DNA of 61,101 bases, counting the filler. It is 7 parts of 7 records of this genome, joined end to end, with 100 filler letters (N's around TTAATTAATTAA, not from the genome) between each part and the next. Parts side by side here need not be neighbours in the genome. Positions count along the whole stretch, not along the records: positions 1 to 16,761 come from SRR31156797_63769; positions 16,862 to 23,115 come from SRR31156797_63833; 5 more parts are not named here. The stretch is one strand, 5' to 3'. Numbering within the stretch: position 1 is the stretch's first letter; each line of letters starts with the position of its first letter. Under the pieces are notes generated by a model, which worked only from the letters and a program-made list of their open reading frames with translations, did not search any database and was not told the origin of the DNA. This document shows positions 9,833-18,793 of the stretch, piece by piece. The position numbers were made by a program, and so were the translations under genes.

Positions 9833-10579
9833 TCAGCTTTTTGGGTAGACCCGCTTGCGGCTGTACCTCGCCAGCCAGAACAGGCCGACACCCGAGAGCA
9901 GGATGGTGGAGGGCTCTGGAGTAGGAACAGGCCCAGGCATATTTGCCGTTATCTGTTCAAATGTGCCAATGGTCATGTCGTCAAAACCAAACCAGTCCTC
10001 TCCATTGGTATTGCTGAAGGAGATAGAGGTGAACGCCAGGTTTCGATCCTTTTCATAAAAACCGAAATAAATGACTGAAGCATTCTCAGCGCCTACCGTA
10101 TGGTCAATGTTCAAGGTGCTGGTGGCTCCGTTTGTATAGTTCAGGATTACCTTTCCGCCAAAATCTCCTATGTCGGTTCCGTAAAATCCAAAAGCTGAAA
10201 TTGCCGTGGAAAAGATGATGTTGAAATTTGAATTTGTTTCCCAGTAGTGGTTTCCGGATGTGGCCCACCTCCCGTCACTTGGCTTTCTCCCGTCATTCGG
10301 CTTTCTTTCAATTGCGCCGCTTCCCGAGAGGGTTGCCGTTCCGGCAACGCCGAAGTCAAGATAGATCGGTCCGTAATCGCCAGCTGTAAAGGTTTCAAAA
10401 TCCTCAGTTTTCACACCGGTCATATTTGACATGAAGTCTGCGTTGGCGGCATCCGCATTCACTCTTCCGCCCCCCATGTCTTCTCCAAAAAAGGAGACCG
10501 CTGTTGCATTGGCACTTCCAGCCAATATAATCAACAAAAACAACATGGTTGCCAATCCTGTCAAATATTTATGTTTCAT
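9833..10579 (-). CDS. PEP-CTERM sorting-domain protein
   Basis: Signal peptide MKHKYLTGLATMLFLLIILAGSANA; C-terminal TPEPSTILLSGVGLFWLARYSRKR; GGAGG RBS. Confidence 0.92.
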   Translation of the reverse strand: MKHKYLTGLATMLFLLIILAGSANATAVSFFGEDMGGGRVNADAANADFMSNMTGVKTEDFETFTAGDYGPIYLDFGVAGTATLSGSGAIERKPNDGRKPSDGRWATSGNHYWETNSNFNIIFSTAISAFGFYGTDIGDFGGKVILNYTNGATSTLNIDHTVGAENASVIYFGFYEKDRNLAFTSISFSNTNGEDWFGFDDMTIGTFEQITANMPGPVPTPEPSTILLSGVGLFWLARYSRKRVYPKS

Positions 10580-10640
10580 TTTTTTTCCTCCCGAAAATAA
10601 ATACATTGCATTTACATGCCGTTCTCTTTCACACAACCTG

Positions 10641-10656
10641 AGCAATTATCGTGCCG
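10641..10656 (-). promoter_or_regulatory. sigma54 (-24/-12) promoter of the PEP-CTERM gene
   Basis: Minus strand reads CGGCACGATAATTGCT, matching YGGCACG-N4-TTGCW. Confidence 0.8.
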
Positions 10657-10819
10657 CTCAGGGTAATTGTTTTTGTGCCACCAAGCCGTTCAATGGCGGA
10701 TTCCCGGAGAGATTAAAGCATGTTTACAAACGGTGTCGCCTATATTACTATTTCTTCAATTCAGGCATCTTCGATGCTGTAACCAGATAACCTTTTGCCG
10801 GATCTGGAAGAGAGAGGAT

Positions 10820-11470
10820 ATGGGCCGGAGACCGCGATCCAAAGAAGAAATTGAAATCATCAGGAACAAGATACTGGAACATGCATTGACCATGATCGTC
10901 GACCATGGCTATGAAGGGTTCAGTATCCGGAAACTGGGTCCCCACGTGGGCATCGCCCCTAAAACGGTCTATAACTATTTCAGGAACAAGGATGAGCTCT
11001 ATCTCCACGTGCTGACCAGGGGATTTGAAATTCTGCACGAGGAATTATGCGGGAGTGCCGATCCATTGGCCGACCCTTTTGAGAAACTGTCGGCCCTGGC
11101 CCTGGCATATGTTCGGTTTGGTATTGAAAAACCCTACTATTACGACATCATGTTCACCCGCTTTGTACCGAAGTATAATGATTTTGTCGGTAAACCACAG
11201 GAACCCATCGCCTTACATGAATTACAGACCGCCTTGAAACCCTTTGATTTCGTTGTCCGGGTGATGGAGGAAATAGCCTCCGTTCATGGTGTTGCCCATA
11301 GGAGTGATGCCCGTACGGCCGTTATTCAGTTGATGGTGGGGCTCCATGGCATTGTCTCCTTGAAAAACAATTCCATCCTCGGTTATGTTTCCGGTGATCC
11401 GGATAATTTGATCGATATATTGCTGGCAAACATCCTTGCCCCTTTCAATCCGGGGGCCAAATCGTCTTGA
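10820..11470 (+). CDS. TetR/AcrR-family transcriptional regulator
   Basis: GYEGFSIRKLG..VGIAPKTVYNYF.NKDEL HTH. ATG at 10820 follows a GAGG RBS. Confidence 0.92.
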   Translation: MGRRPRSKEEIEIIRNKILEHALTMIVDHGYEGFSIRKLGPHVGIAPKTVYNYFRNKDELYLHVLTRGFEILHEELCGSADPLADPFEKLSALALAYVRFGIEKPYYYDIMFTRFVPKYNDFVGKPQEPIALHELQTALKPFDFVVRVMEEIASVHGVAHRSDARTAVIQLMVGLHGIVSLKNNSILGYVSGDPDNLIDILLANILAPFNPGAKSS

Positions 11471-11528
11471 TCCCGGACCGGGCTGTCAGCCGTCAGTCTT
11501 TGGGAGGGACCGTTCGTATAAAAAATAC

Positions 11529-11587
11529 TTGACAATAAATGTAACACTGTTAGCGTTATGATAAAAGTAACAGCGTTACATTTATTG
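11529..11587 (+). promoter_or_regulatory. Promoter with two palindromic operators upstream of the SCP2-GRE operon
   Basis: TTGACA at 11529 and extended -10 TGtTAGCGT at 11548-11556. Palindromes GTAACACTGTTAG (11541-11553) and GTAACAGCGTTAC (11567-11579). Confidence 0.7.
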
Positions 11588-11682
11588 AGTCCGTTAATTT
11601 CCGGGTAGATCCGTTTCCATGGGACGATCCCGGTTAACCAGTGCCTGATACCGCGAATAATTGAGGAAAAGGGAGGGGATGG

Positions 11683-12048
11683 ATGAGATTCAGTCTGCTG
11701 TTGTTTATTCTTCACTTAAAGTTGACCCGGGCCGCCAGAATCAATGTTTCTTTTAAAAAGTTCATCAAGGATAAGTGCCTTAAATTCGGCATCAAGACCG
11801 CTGACGGTTCCAGGGGACGCCTTTTTGTTTTTAACCAGGGCGTCGTTTCCTCCCGCGCCTGCAATCCTGAAGCCCCGGATTCCGCAATGGTCTGGCTGGA
11901 TGCCCATACCGGCTTCCAGGTAATGTCATCGGGCAACGACGAGGCCGCCGTTGCCGCGCTCACCGAAAGAAAGCTCCTGGTGGAGGGGGATTTCAAGGAG
12001 TTCATGTGGTTTTCCAGGGCGCTGGACATAATGATGGGAAAAGCATAA
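11683..12048 (+). CDS. Small SCP2 (sterol carrier protein 2)-like protein
   Basis: 121 aa with strong RBS. The pattern (helix, FxIxT..G..R.F.F..G.V.S, PD..M, AL..RKL.VEGD...MWF) fits the SCP2-like fold; recognised by eye only. Confidence 0.6.
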   Translation: MRFSLLLFILHLKLTRAARINVSFKKFIKDKCLKFGIKTADGSRGRLFVFNQGVVSSRACNPEAPDSAMVWLDAHTGFQVMSSGNDEAAVAALTERKLLVEGDFKEFMWFSRALDIMMGKA

Positions 12049-12064
12049 TCAGGGGAGGTGTCAA

Positions 12065-14611
12065 ATGGGAGTGGTTGCTGAGATTGAGATCCAGGCAAAG
12101 AATCGCAAGCCCTGCGGGATTGTGCCCTTTGATAAGGATTGGGGAACGGGGTACAATGCCTGGGAAGAGAATCCTTCGCCTTTTGCCAGGGTCAACCGGT
12201 TAAAGAAGTTTGTGGACGATCATCCATTCACCGTTGACCATGAACGGGCATGCCTGGTGACCGAAGCCTATAAGAAACATTCGGACAAACCGCAGATAAT
12301 CCGGTGTGCAAAGGCCCTGGCCCATGTGCTGGAAAATTTCACCATTCATATCCATCGCGACGAGCTGATCGTCGGCGAGATGGGGGCTCCGTTGAAATCC
12401 GCTCCCATCTTCCCGGAATTTTCCATGGACTGGATCATGGATGAAATGAAAAATCATCCATGGCGAAAACGCCTCCATGACAGGTATACGATTTCAAAGA
12501 AATCCGAAAAACGGTTAAGGGGGATCGCCGGATTCTGGAAAGGAAAGACGGTTGAAGAGACCGCCATTGCCAGGATGTCCGAAGATGAGTTAAAAGGCAC
12601 CAACCTGGGACGGGGGGTTTATCTCTTGAACCTCTATCTGTCCGGCGGCGTCGGCCATACCCAGGCCAATTACGAGAAACTCTTTGCCAACGGTTTTGGC
12701 GGACTCAGGAAAGAGGTTCGTCAAACAATGCTGTCCCTGGATCCCACCCTTTCGGAAAATCTCAAAAAGCGGGAGTTTTATCAGGCGGAACTGATCGCCC
12801 TTGACGCATCAACGGCGTTTTTAAAACGCTATTCCGCCCTGGCCGGGGAATTGAAAAAAAAGGAGAAAGACCCGGAGTGGAAAAAGGAGCTTTCAAGGAT
12901 CGAAGCAACCTGTGACTGGGTGGCTGAAAATCCTCCCAGGACCTTCCGGGAAGCGTTGCAGCTCTGTTTTATCGCAACCACTATTATCCTGATCGAATCC
13001 AACGGCCATTCCGTGTCCTACGGCCGGTTTGACCAATATATGTATCCCTTTTATGAAAACGACATTGAATCGGGCATCGAAACCAAAGAATCGATCCAGG
13101 AGCTGCTTGAAATCGGTCTTTTCATCAAGGATCTCTGGTGGACGAAGCTGAGGGACCGCCTCACCGTCATTGCCAATTCCGGAAGGGGCATGGGCGGGGA
13201 CTCCCTCACCGTGGGCGGCGTGGATACTGGGGGGAATGACGCCACAAACGATCTGAGTCATATGATCCTCGATGCCCAGGTGCATACCCGATCCGGGGTG
13301 CCCTGGGTGGCCGTCCGCCTCCATGAAAACAGCCCCAGGGAGTTCAAGGTAAAAGCCTTCAACGTTATCCGGGTGGGAACCGGGCAACCCAAGCTCTACA
13401 ATGATCAGGCTGCGATACCCGCCATGATCCGGGGGGGCAGAACCAAAGAGGATGCTTATAACTACCATATCGTGGGCTGCGTTGAGATGGATGCCGGCGG
13501 GAAAGAGTACGGATGGCACGACTCCGCCTATTTCAGCATTGCCAAAATCCTTGAACTGGCCGTCAATGACGGTCGATGCATGGGATGCGGGGCCCATTGT
13601 CCCCGGTGGGACCGGTGCGGGGGCGCCGGAAAGCGGTTGGGGCCTCAAACCGGAAGCCTGGCCGGGTTTACCTCCTTTGACCAGGTCAAACAATCCTATG
13701 ACCGTCAGATGAAGTACTGGTGTGACCGGATGATCGCGGGAACGGAAATCATGGATCTCACCCACCAGGAACTCAAGCCTCTCCCGTTTCTTTCAACCTT
13801 GATGGATGACTGTACCCGGCGGGGAATCGATGTCTCTGCCGGCGGCGCTGTTTACAATTTCACCGGCCCCCAGGCCGTGGGGGTGGGCACCGTGGCCGAC
13901 GGGCTTTCCACCATCAGGCAGCTTGTCTTTGACGAGAAACGGGTGACAGGAAAAGAACTGCTTGACGCTTGTGAGAAAAACTGGGTGGGATATGATCCCC
14001 TGTACGCCCTTGTCAATGGCCGTAAAGTTCATCACTACGGCAATGATGACGATTATGCCGACGACCTGGCCCGCTTCGGGGCCGACACCTATTGCAAGCA
14101 TATTGAGAACCGGCCCAACGCCCGTGGCGGCCATTACCTGCCCGGTGTATATTCGGTTTCGGCCAATGTCGGCCTTGGATTGATCCAGTGGGCATCGGTG
14201 GACGGCAGAAAGGCCCTGGAGCCTGTTTCCGATTGCCTGGGGCCCGTGCACACCCAGGCCGGCTCCCATGACGTCAAAGGGCCCACCGCCATTGCGAAAT
14301 CCGCATCCAAGCTGGACCATGTCCGCGCAACCAACGGCACCCTGCTCAACTGGAAGTTCACCCCTTCCTGCGTTTCCGGGGAAACAGGGCGGGACAACCT
14401 GATTTCACTGATCGACGTCTACTTTGACCGGAAGGGGATGCACAGCCAGTTCAACATTGTCGGCAAGGAAACCCTGGAGGCCGCCCTGGCGGATCCGGAT
14501 GCCTACAAAGATCTGATGGTCCGGGTGGCAGGGTACAGCGCTTACTTCGTCGAGCTGAGCAAGCCCCTGCAGTATGACATCCTGTCCAGAACCGAGCTCT
14601 CCTTTGATTGA
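12065..14611 (+). CDS. Glycyl-radical enzyme, glycerol/propanediol dehydratase-like subgroup, substrate unknown
   Basis: Gly loop LMVRVAGYS (G823), single-Cys loop VGCVE (C472/E474), plus GGVGH, ESNGHS, GRFDQY and GWHDSAYF. Confidence 0.93.
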   Translation: MGVVAEIEIQAKNRKPCGIVPFDKDWGTGYNAWEENPSPFARVNRLKKFVDDHPFTVDHERACLVTEAYKKHSDKPQIIRCAKALAHVLENFTIHIHRDELIVGEMGAPLKSAPIFPEFSMDWIMDEMKNHPWRKRLHDRYTISKKSEKRLRGIAGFWKGKTVEETAIARMSEDELKGTNLGRGVYLLNLYLSGGVGHTQANYEKLFANGFGGLRKEVRQTMLSLDPTLSENLKKREFYQAELIALDASTAFLKRYSALAGELKKKEKDPEWKKELSRIEATCDWVAENPPRTFREALQLCFIATTIILIESNGHSVSYGRFDQYMYPFYENDIESGIETKESIQELLEIGLFIKDLWWTKLRDRLTVIANSGRGMGGDSLTVGGVDTGGNDATNDLSHMILDAQVHTRSGVPWVAVRLHENSPREFKVKAFNVIRVGTGQPKLYNDQAAIPAMIRGGRTKEDAYNYHIVGCVEMDAGGKEYGWHDSAYFSIAKILELAVNDGRCMGCGAHCPRWDRCGGAGKRLGPQTGSLAGFTSFDQVKQSYDRQMKYWCDRMIAGTEIMDLTHQELKPLPFLSTLMDDCTRRGIDVSAGGAVYNFTGPQAVGVGTVADGLSTIRQLVFDEKRVTGKELLDACEKNWVGYDPLYALVNGRKVHHYGNDDDYADDLARFGADTYCKHIENRPNARGGHYLPGVYSVSANVGLGLIQWASVDGRKALEPVSDCLGPVHTQAGSHDVKGPTAIAKSASKLDHVRATNGTLLNWKFTPSCVSGETGRDNLISLIDVYFDRKGMHSQFNIVGKETLEAALADPDAYKDLMVRVAGYSAYFVELSKPLQYDILSRTELSFD

Positions 14612-15582
14612 TGATGACAGACGACACGCTAAACGGTATCGTATTCAATATCCAGCACTTCACCGTCCATGACGGCCCTGGCATCCGTACCGAGATATTT
14701 CTCAAAGGCTGTCCCTTGCAATGCAAATGGTGCAGCAATCCCGAGAGCCTGAAACTCAAACAGGAGGTCGGGGTCCATGGATCACGCTGCATCGGTGTCG
14801 ACAAATGCGGCTATTGTCTCAAAGCCTGTCCCGAATGCGACCGGGGCGTTTTTTTCCTGAATGAAAACCGGGTGGTGGCCATTGACCGAAACCGTTGCAC
14901 CGATTGCCTGAAATGCGCTGAAGCGTGTCCGGCAGACGCCCTTACCACCTGGGGCAATACCCTGTCGGTCAAGGAGGTTATGGCGGAGGTGATGGCGGAT
15001 CTGGAATTCTACGAAAAATCAAACGGCGGCGTAACCATCTCCGGCGGCGATCCCCTCATTCAATGGCCCTTCGCCCTGGCGATCTTAAAGGCGTGCAAGG
15101 AGCAGAATATCCATACCTGTCTGGAGACGGAACTCCATTGCAAAAGCTCCCTGCTGGAGAAACTCTATCCCCATACGGACCTGGTCATCACCGACATCAA
15201 GCACATGGACGGCGGGCGCCACAAAGCGTATACCGGTGTCGGCAACGCCAGGATTCTCGCCAATATCATCAAAACGGTTGACATGGATATGCCCCTGGTG
15301 ATCCGAATCCCGGTGGTCCCCGGCCATAACAACGGTGAAGAGAACATCAGGGCAACAGCTGAGTTTATCTTGAACAAACTGCATAATAAGGTAAAACAGG
15401 TTCAGCTGCTGCCCTACCGTCCCCTGGGAATAGAAAAATACCAGTCCCTGTCCATGGAATACCCCATGGCGAATTGTTCATCCCATGACCCCGGTACCCG
15501 TGAGAAGGAAACTTTAAACCTTGTGTCAATACTGTACTCTTACGGTATCCCGGCGGTGGCCGGTACAAATTCAAAGTATTAA
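14611..15582 (+). CDS. Glycyl-radical enzyme activating enzyme (radical SAM with ferredoxin insert)
   Basis: HDGPGIRT..FLKGCPLQCKWCSNPE, two extra Fe-S motifs and GGVTISGGDP. The start overlaps the GRE stop (TGATG). Confidence 0.95.
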   Translation: MMTDDTLNGIVFNIQHFTVHDGPGIRTEIFLKGCPLQCKWCSNPESLKLKQEVGVHGSRCIGVDKCGYCLKACPECDRGVFFLNENRVVAIDRNRCTDCLKCAEACPADALTTWGNTLSVKEVMAEVMADLEFYEKSNGGVTISGGDPLIQWPFALAILKACKEQNIHTCLETELHCKSSLLEKLYPHTDLVITDIKHMDGGRHKAYTGVGNARILANIIKTVDMDMPLVIRIPVVPGHNNGEENIRATAEFILNKLHNKVKQVQLLPYRPLGIEKYQSLSMEYPMANCSSHDPGTREKETLNLVSILYSYGIPAVAGTNSKY

Positions 15583-15666
15583 CGTTTTTAGACCATGAGC
15601 ATTGCTGAAATAGGTGGTTTTGTAGTTTTAGATAATTTTCGTAGAAAGCGTGTTCGATAAAACAAT

Positions 15667-16443
15667 ATGATTAAAATTGTCAAGACGATTCGTGGGGCTT
15701 GCTATCGCGCTCTCGGGTATTACCCGGCACGCATTGATGGATTGACGTTCAAACTGGATCCGTATCATATTGATTTCTGGAGAAAGGCCGCGGAAGGCAG
15801 ATGGGAACCCCATACCTATAAAGTGCTTTCGCGGTTTATTAATCCTGATACCGTTTATTGTGACCTTGGTGCATGGATCGGTCCCACTGTGATCTACGCC
15901 GCGAAGAAGTGCAGGCGGGTTATCTGTTTTGAGCCGGACCCCGTTGCCTATCGATACCTCTGCTGGAATGTTGAGCTGAACGAGTTGCGGAATGTGACGG
16001 CTTTCAATATTGCATTGGCTGATCGTACTGGAATACAAGGAATGTCAAGTTTCAGAGGCCGTCTTGGAGACAGCATGACCAGCTTGCTCGCCCATGGCCG
16101 GGGAAAAAACAGGGTCCATGTGCTGACCCTGGGGTGGGAGGAATTTATTAATTTTTCCAGGATTGGCAAGATCGATTTCTTAAAGATCGATATTGAGGGA
16201 GGCGAATTTGCCTTGCTTCCTACCTTGAAAGGGTATCTGGCCCAGCACCGTCCTGTTGTGTACCTGTCCCTCCATCCCCATTTGCTCGATGCCGGAACAA
16301 GACAGGAAAAGATGCGGCAGATCATGGACGTAATGGCGATATACGAAAACTGTTTGGATAAAGATCTCAAGCCTGTGGATATTGCTGAATTGATGGGGGG
16401 CGATGCCATGAACCGCGGCCGTTCGTACATATTTATGGATTGA
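15667..16443 (+). CDS. FkbM-family SAM methyltransferase
   Basis: DLGAWIG, CFEPDP and IDFLKIDIEGGE motifs. Confidence 0.9.
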   Translation: MIKIVKTIRGACYRALGYYPARIDGLTFKLDPYHIDFWRKAAEGRWEPHTYKVLSRFINPDTVYCDLGAWIGPTVIYAAKKCRRVICFEPDPVAYRYLCWNVELNELRNVTAFNIALADRTGIQGMSSFRGRLGDSMTSLLAHGRGKNRVHVLTLGWEEFINFSRIGKIDFLKIDIEGGEFALLPTLKGYLAQHRPVVYLSLHPHLLDAGTRQEKMRQIMDVMAIYENCLDKDLKPVDIAELMGGDAMNRGRSYIFMD

Positions 16444-16553
16444 CCGGCGTAGGATGGGAGCGGTGGTCGCAGTGATGTGGAGCTGTGTCGGAAGAGGGGG
16501 AGCCTAGGGCCCTGGACGTGAGGATGATCCATGATCTCTGTGGTCCCTTTGGG

Positions 16554-16761
16554 TTATTGGGTGTGGCAAACCTGGTTACGTCCCTGTTTCTTGGCACAGT
16601 AAAGGCATGTGTCCGCACGCTCGATCAGCTGGGGTGTATCGGTTTTATGGTCCGGAACCATACAGGCAAGGCCGATGCTCACGGTGACATGGTCGGACAC
16701 ATCCGATTTTTCATGGGGGAGGGCCAGTTGCCGGATATTGTGCTGCATTCTGGCTGCCACC
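16554..16761 (-). CDS. Diguanylate cyclase (GGDEF) domain C-terminus, truncated by the contig end
   Basis: VTVSIGLA...LIERADTCLYCAKKQGRNQV is the standard GGDEF-domain C-terminal motif. Confidence 0.88.
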
Positions 16762-16861
16762 NNNNNNNNNNNNNNNNNNNNNNNNNNNNNNNNNNNNNNN
16801 NNNNNTTAATTAATTAANNNNNNNNNNNNNNNNNNNNNNNNNNNNNNNNNNNNNNNNNNNN
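16762..16861. other. Artificial contig linker
   Basis: N-run + TTAATTAATTAA (stops in all six frames) + N-run. Confidence 0.99.
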
Positions 16862-18297
16862 ATTTTATTGAGCCATACAGAGAATGTGAAATCTCCCGTA
16901 AGATCAAGAGAGTCACTGTCCTGAACTTCGACATAGCTTGCACCGTCAAAGCTGGCAGCAGCACTTCCTACTACACCGGTGCTGAAAGCCATATTTCCCT
17001 GTGAAGTTCCATGATTATTATTGCCGGAATAATCCCTTACATCATTATCAAAAGGATAGTAGGCAACAAGCCCCCTGGTTGGGATGGATGTCGAACCCGG
17101 AGTGGAAGCAGGAGTTGAGCCAGATGTTGAGGTCGGAGTCGATGATGCGGTACCCGTACGAATAGAATTAATCTCGCTTTGCGTAAGGGCGGAATTATAG
17201 ATCCTCACCTCATCAATGACACCATCAAAATTGCCCCCGTACGAAGGATTGGAACCAATATGGGTGTAGTCCCAGCCACCGCTAAGTACACCTTTTTTAG
17301 TGTACATCTCATCATTTACATACAAGGTTACGGTTTCAGCATCCTGATCATAAACCGCTGCTATAAAGGTCCATTCTCCGATTGTGACAGGATGGAATCC
17401 CAGAACACCACCTGAACCGCTAAATGCAGACCACCCAAGCCCTCCGCCACGGTTATCGATGGCTATGGTTCTATCATAGCCCACATTATCATGTGAAATA
17501 ACGGTTCTCGATTCAATATCAGACTTAACCCAGGCAACTATGGTTACTTGTGGCAGAACATCCGGATTGATGTTGACTGGTGAACGTACATAGTCATCCG
17601 TTCCATCAAAACTCAATGCCTGACCCTTTGCACCGGAAACAAATGTAGCACCATTGTTGGTACCATGGTTGTTATTGCCGGAATAATCCCTGGCATCACC
17701 ATCAAAAGGATAGTAGGCAATAAGTCCTTTCTCTGAAATCTGTGTTGGAGTCGGGCTTGCTTGTGCTGGTGCCACTAGACCGAAGAAATAAATGGTTACA
17801 TGATCACTACCGCCTGGACCATCGACCCCCATATTCTCCACCCTTATAGTGTGAACATCTTTTTCCAGACCGGATATTTCCAGATACTTGATAAACGCAT
17901 CTCCTGCAAGATGGTTCCCATAAGTATCCCCGGTCCATACCTCTTCACCATCAACAAGAACACGTGCCCAGCCATCATTGCTATCACCCCATAGCTGAAC
18001 ACCTACTGCATTCGTTTCAACAGTTGTCTTTGCTTCAACCCAGTTACCCTGCTCCATCAATGCAATCACATGGTTATACCGCCAGATATTACCACCTGCA
18101 GTTATCTGGAACTCAGATGGTGGAGTCACATAAGCAGTGTTTGCAAAGGCTATAACATCGGGCGGAGATGCAAACTCAGCGGCGTTTCCATCATACAATA
18201 CAGTACTCACTTCTGCAGAAGCAACTGCTACTGAAAAAGTGAAAAATATTAAACAAACAAAAAGAACATACTGTAAGCTCTTCGATTTGCTATACAT
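16862..18297 (-). CDS. Secreted/surface protein with tandem LamG-like (concanavalin) domains, C-terminally truncated
   Basis: Signal peptide; repeated GL(I/V)AYYPFD..RDYSGNNNHGT...FDG; F.G.IDEVRIYN.AL; Ser/Thr/Pro linkers. Confidence 0.85.
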
Positions 18298-18451
18298 ACG
18301 ACACCCCCATTTGTTCCCCACGAACAAATCAGTTTATAATAGTATATCTGAATCTAATCTTAGTTATAAATTACCCCGTACATTTGAAGAAAAAGGATAT
18401 GAAGCTACCTAATATTATACCTGTTTGCAGACTTGAACCGCGAAATAATAC

Positions 18452-18793
18452 CTAAAGTGACTTTAAAGGAATAATATAAGGCACACCTTCCTCCTCTTTG
18501 ACCAGAGCTTCAACACCATAGTGATCCCTTATGTTAGCCTCACAAAGTACTGATAAAGGACTGCCTGCAGCAACAATCCGTCCATTTGACATCATCAAGA
18601 GTCTTTGGGAATAGCGGGCTGCGATATTAAGATCATGGATAGCCATTATAACTGAGATACCCAGATCCTGAACAAGACCGCCCAGTATTTCCATCAGGCC
18701 AATCTGGTGTTTGATATCAAGACTGCTTGTGGGCTCATCCAGCAGCAGTATATTGGTTTCCTGGGCAATTCCCTGTCCATTCAAAACCTTCAT
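18452..18793 (-). pseudogene. 5'-truncated iron-siderophore/cobalamin ABC ATPase remnant
   Basis: Retains LLLDEPTSSLD..HQ and HDLN.A but lacks Walker A and the ABC signature; abuts the photolyase stop. Confidence 0.75.

Noticed and set aside
12065-14611. Calling the GRE pyruvate formate-lyase, benzyl/alkylsuccinate synthase or choline TMA-lyase
   Set aside because: It has a single Cys (GCVE) rather than the PFL CC pair, no small Bss-type subunits and no cut or microcompartment genes; its motifs are diol-dehydratase-like.
16806-16817. TTAATTAATTAA palindrome repeated six times in the window
   Set aside because: It is an artificial all-frame stop linker; ORFs that run into the X-tracts have artificial ends.
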